Origin: Williopsis jadinii
Taxonomy: Eukaryota
Length of the DNA stretch: 64,000 bases
Assembly (NCBI GenBank): GCA_024346625.1
Contig: AP024664.1
Coordinates: 2,728,001 to 2,792,000, forward strand
Direction of reading: 5' to 3'
This document shows, one piece after another, positions 44,913 to 56,109 of this stretch; position 1 is the first letter of the stretch, and the number at the start of each line of letters is the position of its first letter. The notes beneath the pieces were generated by a model, which did not search any database, had not been told where the DNA came from, and was given only the letters and a program-made list of their open reading frames with translations. A program made the position numbers and the translations under genes.

Positions 44913-46994
44913 ATGAATGAATTGAAAGAAGGTGAAGCCGGCTCCAGTGCGCCAGAAGACACTGTGGTAGGCACAGCGATGGGATCACAGAGTCCATCGT
45001 CGTCTTTGAAACCAGCACAGGAGACCATTGATGGCGAGCATAGCTTCCTTATTCGCAAGTACATAGAGGCGTGCCAGCAGGGCGATTATGTTACTGTTGA
45101 AGAGATGGTTGGATCTCATGTCATTGACCCTGCTCAAGACGTTGACCCTAGTGGTGTTTCTGGCCTCCATTGGGCGGCCATCAACAACAGACTCAAACTG
45201 GTGAAGTTTCTCGTTGATAATGGAGCTCCGATTGATCGGGAGGGGGGCGAGATATCTGCAACACCGTTACACTGGGCGTGTAGAGAAGGCTTGGTTTACA
45301 TTGTGGATTTCTTGTTGAAGAATGGAGCAGATCCTTCAAAGACGGATTCGCAGGGCTTCAATGCTTTACACTTGGCGGTGCACTCTTCAAATATAATGTT
45401 GGTGATCTACATACTGGTCTCATGTACCGATATACCCGTGGACTGTCCGGATCCCAATGGCAGAACTCCGTTACACTGGGCCGCTTATCAAGGAGATTCA
45501 TTAAGCGTTGATTCAATTCTCAAGTTTCAAGGCAATGTGAGATCTGTTGACTGTCAAGGTTTCACACCTTTGCACTGGGCTCTTATTCGAGGGCAGAAGG
45601 ACTGCTTGTTCAGACTCATCGAAGAAGGATCGGACTTACATGCTCAGACAAACGATCACAAGACTTGTTTTGACGTTGCAGCTGATATGAATACTACTCC
45701 ATTGCTCAAAGAGGCACTCTTCAAAGCTGGCTACCAGCAGGATGGAACACAGCTGAAAAGGTACTTTGATCCAAAATGGGCAAAAGTGATAACATTCTTC
45801 TATCCTTACTTGATCCTAGGCCTATTGTTTGAGGTCATTGGTAAGTCACATGTGCTGATATCGCTTCTTTCCTGCTTAGTGATATTGCTATTCTCCCAAA
45901 AGGCCCTACAAAAGTTTTTATTTCCGTCATATATTCGCTCAACTCACCCATTCTTGGGATCACCGCTGCTCTCGGGTGTTTTCTCTGGAAGTGTCTTCTG
46001 GGCCATTGTTGTCTGGATGACAACTTTGCTCCCCATGACTCTTTACAAAGCACCATTGACGAACTTTATCTTCTTGATATCTGCCTCTGCAACGGTATAC
46101 TTCTTCACTCGGGCAATGTTTAAGAACCCAGGCGTCATTGAACCTCTGTCATCCCCCACAGATATCAAAGAAGGAATCGATGAGCTGCTCAAAACCGGAA
46201 ACTACGATGCATCCCATTTCTGCATCAACACTTTCAACAGGAAACCATTAAGAAGCAAATATTCACAATTCTCAAAGAGACTCATTGCGAGATTTGACCA
46301 CACATGTCCGTGGGTTTATAATGATATTGGACTGCGAAACCACAAGTTGTTCTTGTTCTTCGTCCTTTCTCTAGAGATTGCAATCGCAACATGCGTTATC
46401 TTAATTCTCGAGATGTTTGACCAGTTGGAAGATGATGACCTGACCTGTGCTTTTCTCGATGATGAATTATGTGCTGGACTCACTTATACACCGTTCACTT
46501 TTGTCTTCGGATGCTGGTCAGCTTTCCAGTTCATGTGGCTTTCTTTCCTTGTGTTTTCCCAGCTGTTCCAGATTTCAAAGGGAGTCACCACTGTAGAGCT
46601 GTCAGCATTAACTCGACAAAAGCAAGACGCTGGTTCTAACTACTCAAGTGTTCCTCTTGAACTTTCAGGAACTGAAGCCAATGTTTCAAGTGCACGTGCT
46701 GATAAGACTTGTCTAACAACTTTCTGTTTGTTGACTGGAATTGACCAATTTGTAATTGCTGTTAAGGAAACACTTGGTTTCAGACATCAAGGCAGAAGTT
46801 ATAGAATCGACACGGACTATGGACTCAGGCAAAACTGTGTTGATTTCTGGTTTGCTTCTGGCGATGATACTTTGAAGCTCCGGAACTTGTGGAAGACGCC
46901 AGTTCAAGGAGAAGCAAACTTGAATGGTGTCACAGTTGATTATTTCAAGCTGTTCGAACTCCCACCAAGTAAACCAGCTTATGAATCTGTATAG
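44913..46994 (+). CDS. AKR1: Ankyrin-repeat palmitoyltransferase Akr1/Akr2
   Basis: Ankyrin repeats (LHWAAINN, TPLHWA), TM helices, KPLRSKYS..ARFDHTCPWVYNDIGLRNHK; first ATG at 44913. Confidence 0.92.
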   Translation: MNELKEGEAGSSAPEDTVVGTAMGSQSPSSSLKPAQETIDGEHSFLIRKYIEACQQGDYVTVEEMVGSHVIDPAQDVDPSGVSGLHWAAINNRLKLVKFLVDNGAPIDREGGEISATPLHWACREGLVYIVDFLLKNGADPSKTDSQGFNALHLAVHSSNIMLVIYILVSCTDIPVDCPDPNGRTPLHWAAYQGDSLSVDSILKFQGNVRSVDCQGFTPLHWALIRGQKDCLFRLIEEGSDLHAQTNDHKTCFDVAADMNTTPLLKEALFKAGYQQDGTQLKRYFDPKWAKVITFFYPYLILGLLFEVIGKSHVLISLLSCLVILLFSQKALQKFLFPSYIRSTHPFLGSPLLSGVFSGSVFWAIVVWMTTLLPMTLYKAPLTNFIFLISASATVYFFTRAMFKNPGVIEPLSSPTDIKEGIDELLKTGNYDASHFCINTFNRKPLRSKYSQFSKRLIARFDHTCPWVYNDIGLRNHKLFLFFVLSLEIAIATCVILILEMFDQLEDDDLTCAFLDDELCAGLTYTPFTFVFGCWSAFQFMWLSFLVFSQLFQISKGVTTVELSALTRQKQDAGSNYSSVPLELSGTEANVSSARADKTCLTTFCLLTGIDQFVIAVKETLGFRHQGRSYRIDTDYGLRQNCVDFWFASGDDTLKLRNLWKTPVQGEANLNGVTVDYFKLFELPPSKPAYESV

Positions 46995-47050
46995 AGTCTT
47001 ATGTGATACAACATCTACACCAAAAAAGGCAGTTAGCCATAAATATCCAT

Positions 47051-50000
47051 TCAAAAGACCTCTTCTATGTGATCTTTTAATAATTTAAGTTCGTAATAGT
47101 CAGCAACATGTTCAAATGTCTCAACCTTCTTTCTAACATCTTCCTTTGGCAATGTTTCCTCCCACATTCCAGAACAAGAACAATGACTAGACATTTCATC
47201 TTCTTTGATAGTATGGCACTTTCCACATTGTAAATCTTGAGTATAATAATTCAAAACAAGTTTTTCTAACCATTCAATCAGACCCAACTCCAAGTTTGCC
47301 TTGCTGTACGCCTTCTCACAGACCTCACATGACCATAGGACCTTCGGGTTGTCACGACAGAAGTCAAGGTCTTTGATATGGTAACAGTATTCACACAATA
47401 CACCGGGAAGCAACAATGAATCGCTCGGGTTCTCGAACAAAGATTCTTTGGAGAACTCCTTCACTTCAAGCACTTCGAGCATTTCTTTTCTCAACAGTCT
47501 CATCTCTAAGGTACGAGACTTGGAGAGAGTGAACACTGCACATAAAGACTTCACTAGTTCTAACAATGGACTTGTCTTGTGGATATGGTATCCTGGTGGT
47601 TCAGGGAAGGAGTACTCATCGCTCATACCGGAGTCCAAGATGGCACTGGTTTGATTACGAACCAGTTGTCTCAAACGTTTCAGAAGTGGGTTTCTGAAAA
47701 GATTGGTCAGCTGAGACTGGGTCTCTTCTTGCTGTACATTATCCTTATTGGCTTTATTTCTCAAGATATTGGCGATCTGCGTGACTCTCGGTGTGCCTGG
47801 ATAGGCTTCCCTATCCTCAGCCTTGGCTTTAATTAGTGAGTCTAGGAAAATCACTAGCCAATCCTCAAACTCTGGCTGATAAATAGGTGGTAAGTAATCT
47901 TTAATCTGCCACTTGGATATTCCAATGAGCTCTTGTTCCTCTTGTTCAGAAATATCCAAGCACGCTCTTCCAGCAAAATTGTATTGGTCCATCCAAATCA
48001 GTAGATCCCAATATTTCTCAATTTTTAGATCTAGAAAGTTGAACAAAGGTCTTGATCTCACAGCTTTCACAATGTATTGAGCATATGCATAAGAGTTTTC
48101 AACAGAGACTTTAGTAGTCTTCAAGATGATCTTTGACCTGTTTGCAAATATCACTGTAGATCCAAGCTTAGCAAATTCACCAACCAATTGCAATAGTGAC
48201 TTCTTGGCCAAGTTGAAAACGTAGTGCTTCAGATAAGAGTCGAATAGGAACGAGTCTTTATTTTGAACCCAAGAAACAAAGGTTTGAACCATAGCATCAG
48301 CATTGGTGTTGTTTTTCATAGCATCATCCCATAAGTCTTTCAGCATGGATCTCAAAATATTCAGACTTGGACCAGAGAAGGAGTCTTCAGCCAAGATTGA
48401 GGCGCCTTTGTTGCAACTCTCAGCCAATTGCACATCAGCCATGGAGGTACCCTCTGCATCATTCAAAAGAGCGGACGTAAGGAGTGTATTAATTGTCAAG
48501 TTGTCAATATCAATTTCAATACAGGCTGTTTCATAGATCTCCGGATTATTGATAACAGGGAAGTCATGGTCCTCATTTTCCACGGCTAAAACATCTTTCT
48601 CAGCACCACCATAGTCTGGCATTGATTTAGGAGACCACCATAACACGATGTCGTTATTCTTGAGTCTTCTCGCATATTCAATATCAATAAGATAATCCAT
48701 GGATGTTGTCTTCAAGTTACAAAGCGGAACATTACCATACTTTGCCATGTTTCTCAAGTGATGAATCCAGGGTGCCAATGACAAAATATGGTTACAGATT
48801 CTCTTGATAACAAGAGGCTGCCACCCAAGAGCAGGAAGTTGTATCTCTGATGCCTTCATATTGATGGTTGGGAATTCTGAGATCGATTTGAAGATCTTCA
48901 ACAGCTTGGATGACTGAGGAGACTGAACAACGAAAAGAGGTCTTGCAGGCGTCTCGTCACTGATCTTGTTGATGAAACTATTGAGTTTTCTGTATAGCTT
49001 TGATATGTCATCAAAGTAGGTTGTTTCAAACTCAATATGTTCTTGATACTTCAATAACCCAATATACTCCTGCAACTTTTTGGACTTCTTGTGGTACTGA
49101 TCTTGGTAAACTTTCTCAACATTGCCTGTAAGTTCCTGTGCATTTCTAGTTGGCTTCAGGACAAATATACGGGTAATCTGATTCCATGATTGATATAATG
49201 TGAAAACCTGATACTCATTGGTTACGATGTGGAAAAGGTACACCAATGGCAGGGCCAACTTGTTCAGATAATGTGAGTTATCAATTTTAGCAAACGATTT
49301 CATATCAAAGCCATTCTTCAATGCCTTACCCAGGGCACCAACTTGAGAACTGTTGAAGAGCACCGTATTACCCAGTTCAATAATTACACGCTCTGTTGGC
49401 TGAATATGAGATTCAAACAACCCACATGCATCTGGGCTGTTGAACAAACTGCCTGCTCTGGTAATCTCATCCTGGTAAACAGTCTCTGGCATAGTCAACT
49501 TGAACACATTTTTGACATCAATACCATTTGGTAGGATACTGGCCACCCTTTCAACTTCGCTTTCAGGAATCAACCGATCAGGAAAAGACTCATTTCTCCA
49601 ATTCAGGTAGATTTTCCTTGGGACATGGAATATAAAAGACTGAATTTTACCGTCAATGAGAACGAAAGCTCTTACATCGCCTGGATTAGAATCGAGTTTG
49701 TACTGCAGGATCTCCCAATTAGAACCGACAAAGTGTTCAGCTTGATTGCGAACCATTGCTCCAACTGTTGAGCGGTGACTTGACTCCACCGTGTCACCAA
49801 ACAGCTTTTTCCTTCTGGTTCTCTCATTTTGGTTGACTTTCCACTTAAGTTTCTGATAGTTCAAGAACCCAACGTAATCATCATCGATTGAAGGACACGG
49901 GCCATTCATTAAGTTGATTTCCTCTTCAGTAGGGTCTTCAGTTTCACGATGCTGCTGCTTTCTTTTCTTGGAGGTAACTTTTCCAAAAGCTGGCTTACCA

Positions 50001-53000
50001 CTAATCGAGTTATCTTTACCAATGTCTTCAATATCCTTCACAATATTGACTGGATTGGTTTTGGTGGCTGAGAAGAAAGTCGTGAGTAGAGATTGCTTAT
50101 TTTTATCGTTCTTGGTGAGAATTCTGTTCTTTAGCCAATCTGGATGGTCAACTCTCGGAACAGGATTGTCCACATCTTGCAAAGCTGCTGGAATAGTGAT
50201 AATCTTCTGAACAACAGATTGAAGACGTTCTCTGTAATAGTTCCAGTCAATGATGTTTCTAGGGTCGAAATCTTCAAGTTGAGAATCTAGCAACCATCTT
50301 CTCAAGAAGTTTCTCTTCACTGACAACTCTGAGGAAAAGATGGAGACTGGCACAGCTCTTTCTGTCACAGGTGCATTTAATGGTTTCTCTGAAATAATAT
50401 ACTTCACTGCAAGACCTTTATCTTTAACCATCTCAGCACCAAGAAATTCACCAAGTCTCTTTGCCGTCGTAATCGACGTCGATTTCTGACCTTCATACTC
50501 GGCCAAACTCTTACTCATGGACTTGTTCTCACAGATAAGCTCAAAGAGGTCATCATCTTCCAAATTTCTTCCCTGTGTATCCAAAACATCTAGCCAACGA
50601 TTGGCGACATTGGCAACAGCACCGTAGCACTCTTCAAGCGTATCACCTTCAAGGAAAAGTTTGAAGATATCAGACTGGAAGTTTTTGATCAGCTGTAGCT
50701 CACCTCTTCTCTTGAGCTCAAAACCTTTAAGTTCAGCCAAGGTACCATCGTCGTTGAAAACAGCATAACGTTTCTTTAAACCTTTACCCTCTTCCTTCGA
50801 GGTTGGAAGCACCATCGCCTTGTAAGGGCCATCAACTTCAAAGAAAATAGAATTGTCGCTATGTGTATCGTACTTTTTGTAAATAGGATCCACGAGTGTT
50901 TGATATTGATGATTCGTGAATCGCTCGTGAACCAAGTAGTTTAACATAGAGCAAGGATAGGATAGGAAGACGTTCTTACCATTCTTCAAGTCAAAGGTAT
51001 AGTTATCAGGAAATGAACTAGGAATGATACACCATATACCATCAGTATCCAGTTCCAGAGGTCGCCCCAATCTTTCGATTAAAGATCTTGCCATTTGAAT
51101 AATCGTAGCACCTGTCAAACATGTGATACCAGCCATTTCAATGGAATACCATCTTGATCCCTTTCTCATGACATACCCATAGAAGGAATTGAGAATAACC
51201 TTGAAAGCTAGTTGTAACGAATCATAATACACAGCTCTCTTGAGACACTCTTCCTTCTCATGCTTGTCCTTACCAGCAGACTTCTTCTTCCACACTTTTG
51301 CGAGACCTTTGAACTCATAACGTTTATCTCTAAAATCTCTGACAGTATTGATGTAGAACGGATTTTCCCTTTGACAAACTATGGATTCTCTCGTAATGGT
51401 TTCGGTCTGTTTCACTTTATGATAAACTTTACGAGAATAATCCTGGAGTCTTTTCTTGATCAGCGTCACTTGTTCACTATACGGCAAATCTTCAAAGACA
51501 CGTCTTGGTTGATTAGGGAATCGTGGTGGGAAAGTTTCATTCTGAAGAGATCTCTTCACCAAGTTGTACTCGTCCATCTTTGCTGGATAAAATTCACCTC
51601 TCCAAGCCCAGGTCATCTTTCTATCACAGTTCTTCCCTGGTCTATTGAAGTCACAAGCAGCACAGTCCTTTTCTGATTTCATCGAATCAGGCTGTAGACG
51701 ATTAGAGCACATGATATTTGGATACATTGATGCAACATCGACGTGATAGATTAGCGGTTTCTCCTTCCTCTTTGGGTTATTCTTCAAGTGCAATAGTTTC
51801 TCCTTCACTGCGTTATAGATCTCGTCAAAGTTCGTGACGTCTTCGAGTTTCTGTTTACCTTCAACCACGATACTGAACTTCAAAGCGTTTTCCAAATCCC
51901 CTAAAAGCTCATCAATAACAGTTGGATCTATCTTGAATTCACTCTCCAAATCTGATCTGAAAACACCAGCTTCCAAGGATTCAACGTGACCACCAACATA
52001 TGTTTCAGATTCCAGTAAATGACCGTTGTAGAATCTTTCTGGAGGATCCATATGTTTATTTGGAAGGAGAATATCACTTCCATACGCCTGCACCATCAAA
52101 AGCATTTCACATAAAGTACCAGTACCCTTTCTCAGCAGTTCATCAGGGTTTAATGGAACGATAACACCCAAAGCGATAATGAAATTATTAATGATCTTCT
52201 TGAACAAATAGTACGTAGCGACAGCATCAGAGACAGAGTACTCTGATAATGTTTGAGGCTTTGAATAAGCATATGGTGTCATAAGTTCAGGATCGAGTTC
52301 AATTGGGTTATATCCAAGCTTTGCAGTAGTAACAGCCTTTAAACCTTGTGAACCCTGAGGTAGATATGAATCTCTCTTGACCCATCTGAAACAATCCATA
52401 TGTGCACAGTAAGTTGATTTGTATTCACCTTCGTTGTCAACTGCGAATCCAATTTCATCAAACATATTCAAATCATGAACTGCTGCTCTCGCCTCAACAA
52501 ATGGCCAATCAAAGAAGTCACCGTTAAAGGTTGCAATGATATGAGGCTTTACCTCCCTTATATGTTCGAAGAATTTTTGTAGAGTTGCCTTTTCATCTGG
52601 TTCGTTGAAAACAGTAAATAAACCAGGGTACTCAGGTTTTGGAGTATATTCAAAGTCCTCGATGTCCTCTGAGATGATTTCTCTGTTTGTGATTAAGAAA
52701 CCATCACCGTCAATCATATAGGAAATCATCATTACTTGATCAGTGGCACTGTCAGGGAATTTCAGAGGTCTCTTTGTAGTTTCAATGTCAAAAGCCAAGA
52801 TGGTTGTATCACCAAAGTCAATTTTGTCTGGTATCTCTTCACATTCAATCTCGCCATGTTCAGCTGAGACTTTATACCATTTACCAACTCTTAATCCCTT
52901 ATCAATGGAGACTCTTGTGCAATATGGAACGTCATGTTCACGCATATCTTCAATGTACTCTGAAACGTCGCCAAGATGAATTGTCGTGTCACCAATGGCA

Positions 53001-53602
53001 AACTCATCCTTGTAATTTGTGTTCACGGCGGAGTAAATCTCCTTCGTTTCCTTCTTACTCTCGTTATCTTTGACAATGGGTTGCAACATTCTCTTTGCAT
53101 CCATCAAATCTTGTTGATTTGGGAAGCTCAACTTCAGTAAAGATCTCTTGATACCAATCAAATGATTTGGGATGGAGAGATCTTCCTTTTCCACCCTGGA
53201 GACAGATTTGATGCAGCGCTCCAGGATCTTCTTTAGGTACTCCTCAACGTCACCCTCAAACCCTGGCGTACAAACTATGAAGAAATAGGGGTCCAGTTGG
53301 ATAGTTGCCTTAAAGGTACCGCCTTCTTCATCCAAGAAGTAGTAATCAGCACCTGACAGACCAGCGATATAATCCTGCGTAGGTATCGTCGTCGCATGCA
53401 TATTGATAAGCCAACCGGTCCTCGTTGGACCTGACTCAAATCTGTCAAACCCCATCATCGAATCAATCATATCGTTCTTCTTCACTTTCTCCAATCTCGA
53501 CACCGCGTCGTCCTTGGGAGACCTAAACTGTGGGTCCCTCGTACGTCTATCGTTCTTCACAAAATGGCCCATAGAGGAGCCTCTAAACTGCTTCGGAGGC
53601 AT
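47051..53602 (-). CDS. POL2: DNA polymerase epsilon catalytic subunit
   Basis: Exo FDIETTK, Pol YHVDVASMYPNIM and ELDTDG, C-terminal Cys clusters; first ATG at 53602. Confidence 0.99.
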   Translation of the reverse strand: MPPKQFRGSSMGHFVKNDRRTRDPQFRSPKDDAVSRLEKVKKNDMIDSMMGFDRFESGPTRTGWLINMHATTIPTQDYIAGLSGADYYFLDEEGGTFKATIQLDPYFFIVCTPGFEGDVEEYLKKILERCIKSVSRVEKEDLSIPNHLIGIKRSLLKLSFPNQQDLMDAKRMLQPIVKDNESKKETKEIYSAVNTNYKDEFAIGDTTIHLGDVSEYIEDMREHDVPYCTRVSIDKGLRVGKWYKVSAEHGEIECEEIPDKIDFGDTTILAFDIETTKRPLKFPDSATDQVMMISYMIDGDGFLITNREIISEDIEDFEYTPKPEYPGLFTVFNEPDEKATLQKFFEHIREVKPHIIATFNGDFFDWPFVEARAAVHDLNMFDEIGFAVDNEGEYKSTYCAHMDCFRWVKRDSYLPQGSQGLKAVTTAKLGYNPIELDPELMTPYAYSKPQTLSEYSVSDAVATYYLFKKIINNFIIALGVIVPLNPDELLRKGTGTLCEMLLMVQAYGSDILLPNKHMDPPERFYNGHLLESETYVGGHVESLEAGVFRSDLESEFKIDPTVIDELLGDLENALKFSIVVEGKQKLEDVTNFDEIYNAVKEKLLHLKNNPKRKEKPLIYHVDVASMYPNIMCSNRLQPDSMKSEKDCAACDFNRPGKNCDRKMTWAWRGEFYPAKMDEYNLVKRSLQNETFPPRFPNQPRRVFEDLPYSEQVTLIKKRLQDYSRKVYHKVKQTETITRESIVCQRENPFYINTVRDFRDKRYEFKGLAKVWKKKSAGKDKHEKEECLKRAVYYDSLQLAFKVILNSFYGYVMRKGSRWYSIEMAGITCLTGATIIQMARSLIERLGRPLELDTDGIWCIIPSSFPDNYTFDLKNGKNVFLSYPCSMLNYLVHERFTNHQYQTLVDPIYKKYDTHSDNSIFFEVDGPYKAMVLPTSKEEGKGLKKRYAVFNDDGTLAELKGFELKRRGELQLIKNFQSDIFKLFLEGDTLEECYGAVANVANRWLDVLDTQGRNLEDDDLFELICENKSMSKSLAEYEGQKSTSITTAKRLGEFLGAEMVKDKGLAVKYIISEKPLNAPVTERAVPVSIFSSELSVKRNFLRRWLLDSQLEDFDPRNIIDWNYYRERLQSVVQKIITIPAALQDVDNPVPRVDHPDWLKNRILTKNDKNKQSLLTTFFSATKTNPVNIVKDIEDIGKDNSISGKPAFGKVTSKKRKQQHRETEDPTEEEINLMNGPCPSIDDDYVGFLNYQKLKWKVNQNERTRRKKLFGDTVESSHRSTVGAMVRNQAEHFVGSNWEILQYKLDSNPGDVRAFVLIDGKIQSFIFHVPRKIYLNWRNESFPDRLIPESEVERVASILPNGIDVKNVFKLTMPETVYQDEITRAGSLFNSPDACGLFESHIQPTERVIIELGNTVLFNSSQVGALGKALKNGFDMKSFAKIDNSHYLNKLALPLVYLFHIVTNEYQVFTLYQSWNQITRIFVLKPTRNAQELTGNVEKVYQDQYHKKSKKLQEYIGLLKYQEHIEFETTYFDDISKLYRKLNSFINKISDETPARPLFVVQSPQSSKLLKIFKSISEFPTINMKASEIQLPALGWQPLVIKRICNHILSLAPWIHHLRNMAKYGNVPLCNLKTTSMDYLIDIEYARRLKNNDIVLWWSPKSMPDYGGAEKDVLAVENEDHDFPVINNPEIYETACIEIDIDNLTINTLLTSALLNDAEGTSMADVQLAESCNKGASILAEDSFSGPSLNILRSMLKDLWDDAMKNNTNADAMVQTFVSWVQNKDSFLFDSYLKHYVFNLAKKSLLQLVGEFAKLGSTVIFANRSKIILKTTKVSVENSYAYAQYIVKAVRSRPLFNFLDLKIEKYWDLLIWMDQYNFAGRACLDISEQEEQELIGISKWQIKDYLPPIYQPEFEDWLVIFLDSLIKAKAEDREAYPGTPRVTQIANILRNKANKDNVQQEETQSQLTNLFRNPLLKRLRQLVRNQTSAILDSGMSDEYSFPEPPGYHIHKTSPLLELVKSLCAVFTLSKSRTLEMRLLRKEMLEVLEVKEFSKESLFENPSDSLLLPGVLCEYCYHIKDLDFCRDNPKVLWSCEVCEKAYSKANLELGLIEWLEKLVLNYYTQDLQCGKCHTIKEDEMSSHCSCSGMWEETLPKEDVRKKVETFEHVADYYELKLLKDHIEEVF

Positions 53603-53700
53603 CCTTGCTCTTGCAACCACACAAACCAACACTCCTGTTCCCGTTCAAGTGTAAACACCAACCTCAATCTCCAGGCTCAAAGAGAGGAAAGAGCGATGGA

Positions 53701-53763
53701 ACGCGAAAAACTTTACGCGTCAGTCCTAGCCACCAAGAACAAGACACATAACACGGTACGCGC
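53701..53763. promoter_or_regulatory. MCB/SCB-like G1/S elements upstream of POL2
   Basis: ACGCGT at 53715-53720, ACGCGAAA at 53701, ACGCG at 53758. Confidence 0.65.
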
Positions 53764-53899
53764 AGCACAGAACTGGATTTTTTTGTCCCGAAGGATTTGT
53801 CCAGTTTTTACCGATTTTTGCTTTGTGTCTTGTCTGTCTTTTCTTTGTTCTTAGAAGGGACAAACCGAATCATCAGCTACAGAGCGAAGGACATTGACG

Positions 53900-54964
53900 A
53901 TGTCCTACAATCCATATGCCAATGCTAGTGTCGACTACAACAATGTGAACAGACTGCACCATCCACAGCCACAGCAGTCTCGTCAGCAGGTGCAACAGGA
54001 TCAGTATGGTCAGTTTCAAGGGCCAAATCAACAACAGCAGCAGCAACAACAACAACAACAGAGCTATGGCTACAGCCAGTTCAATCAACAAGGCCAATAC
54101 CAGGCACAGGGTATGAATATGGGTCAGCAACAACAGCAGGGCGCTCAAGGACAATTCTTCAATCCTTCAGCTTCAAATCCAAATCCAAATGCCTTTACAC
54201 AGATCTTCAACGATCCAAAGGCGGCGATGACGTTCCAGGTTGGGCAAAACGCCATGATGGCAGGATCCCAGTACATGGAGCAAGAGTTTAACAAGTACAT
54301 CCCGACTGGAACCTTCAAGTACTACTTCAAAGTCTCAAATGACTATGTTTTGAAGAAGCTGTTGTTGATACTGTTCCCATTCAAGAATAAGATCTGGACA
54401 AGGACTCTGCGCCAAACTCCAACAGGTGACAGCAACAACACGTCCGTGTTGGAATCGTATGCGTTCCCATTCGATGATACCAATGCGCCTGATTACTACA
54501 TTCCATTGATGGGCACCGTTACCTATATCATCTTGACTGCAATGCTTGCAGGTTTGAGAAACGAGTTCTCACCAGCACTTTTGGGCAACCAATGGACGAT
54601 GACAATTGCCTATCTCCTCATAGATTTGGCAGTGTTGAAAGGTGGTATCTACATGCTGGGAATATCTTCCAACGTGTATGACCTTATAGCATATGTTGGT
54701 TATAAATTCGTGCCATTGCTGATCATAAACATTGTGAAGAACGTTTCATCAATAAGATACTTGAACTGGATCATTTACATCTATCTGATCATTGCCTATG
54801 GCTTCTTTGAATTGAGGGCCATCAGATTCAACCTCTTTGGCGGTATCAACAGTCCAACGCAAGCAATGGGAGGAAAAGCTCTCAAGAACTCAAACTATTT
54901 CCTCTTCCTCTACACGTTTATTGGCCAAAGTTTACTCATTTGGGCGCTCAGTTTGTACTGCTAA
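53900..54964 (+). CDS. YIF1: ER-Golgi transport protein Yif1
   Basis: YYFKVSNDYVLKKLLLILFPF, DTNAPDYYIPLM, AYVGYKFV; divergent from POL2 as in S. cerevisiae; Q-rich N-terminus. Confidence 0.93.
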   Translation: MSYNPYANASVDYNNVNRLHHPQPQQSRQQVQQDQYGQFQGPNQQQQQQQQQQQSYGYSQFNQQGQYQAQGMNMGQQQQQGAQGQFFNPSASNPNPNAFTQIFNDPKAAMTFQVGQNAMMAGSQYMEQEFNKYIPTGTFKYYFKVSNDYVLKKLLLILFPFKNKIWTRTLRQTPTGDSNNTSVLESYAFPFDDTNAPDYYIPLMGTVTYIILTAMLAGLRNEFSPALLGNQWTMTIAYLLIDLAVLKGGIYMLGISSNVYDLIAYVGYKFVPLLIINIVKNVSSIRYLNWIIYIYLIIAYGFFELRAIRFNLFGGINSPTQAMGGKALKNSNYFLFLYTFIGQSLLIWALSLYC

Positions 54965-54995
54965 TTAATGAACCCAATAAATAAACATGTTACAA

Positions 54996-55901
54996 CTATT
55001 TCTTCTTCTTCTTCTCCCTTTTAAGCCTTTCAGAACAATCAGGGCAGTACCATTTACCCTTTGGAGGCTCCTTCAACCCGACACACTCATAATGGAACCA
55101 TTCATATTTACAATCGTCGTTATCACATCCAACCATTTCTCCAAACGAAACCCTTTGACAAAAGCAGTACAGCTCATTCTCTTCATCTTTACCCTGTTGT
55201 TCAACTTTTGGTGATGCAGTCACTAAAGCTGACGCCGTTGCAGATCCCTTATTTGAGCCTTTCGCAACCATAAGACTACCAGGAGATTGTTGCGAGTCCA
55301 CCACGTCAGGGGAAGCTGAAGACTCCACAGTCTTTTGCCTCTTGTTTGCTCTGAGTGCCGTGACCGCCGCAGGCGTTGAGGCTCGTACAGACGACTTCCT
55401 AGCTTTCTTCTGCGTTGTGGTCATGGATGCCACAGTTGCGTTTGAGGTAGTCAAGAAATCGCCATTCAGTAAAAGATCAGTGGTTCCAGCCCTACTGGAG
55501 GTCTTACTAGACATAACTTCATCCAGATCGATGTCCATATCTTCAACAACCAGCAATCCTTCGGATTTCAACTTCTCCATGTCCGACTCCAACTTGAGAA
55601 GGTGCTTTGCCGTCAGGAACAGCGCTGTGTTTGCGGTAATCACTTTCTTCTTCTGCAGCTGTTCTGCACTATTAAGATCCTCTCTTATCTTAGGGTAAAG
55701 CTGAGCCTCCTTAGGGTTCTTCGTCAACGAACCGTGTTGTTTGATAAACTTGTGGATGCTCCCATCTTTCTGTAACATCTTCTTTCTAGTCTCATACAGG
55801 TTACTGTCTGAAGTTCCAAGTTCTGCCAGCAGATACTGTAGTTCAGCAGGTAAGTTTGACAGATCCTGGGTGTATTGATCTAATGTAGCAGCGGTATCCA
55901 T
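54996..55901 (-). CDS. YNG2: ING-family NuA4 subunit Yng2
   Basis: MDTAATLDQYTQDLSNLPAE ING domain; PHD finger LYCFCQRVSFGEMVGCDNDDCKYEWFHYECV. Confidence 0.93.
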   Translation of the reverse strand: MDTAATLDQYTQDLSNLPAELQYLLAELGTSDSNLYETRKKMLQKDGSIHKFIKQHGSLTKNPKEAQLYPKIREDLNSAEQLQKKKVITANTALFLTAKHLLKLESDMEKLKSEGLLVVEDMDIDLDEVMSSKTSSRAGTTDLLLNGDFLTTSNATVASMTTTQKKARKSSVRASTPAAVTALRANKRQKTVESSASPDVVDSQQSPGSLMVAKGSNKGSATASALVTASPKVEQQGKDEENELYCFCQRVSFGEMVGCDNDDCKYEWFHYECVGLKEPPKGKWYCPDCSERLKREKKKKK

Positions 55902-56109
55902 ATTTGTCTTATTCTGCTATCTTCCTCTTCATTATTTGGATGTTCCGGTCCTCCTTTGATGGCGATGTACTGAAAAAAAAGGTTCCGGAAAAAAACATTG
56001 ATTAATATCCAAAATAGGTAATTACTATATTAGGAGAACACATACTTAATCTAACACTATAGTAGATAGTGGAATGGATGGGCAGTTTTATTACAACTTA
56101 AATAGCCTC

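Noticed and set aside
47051..53602. Possible intein or insertion in POL2
   Set aside because: Length and motifs are collinear with normal Pol2; no intein splicing motifs seen
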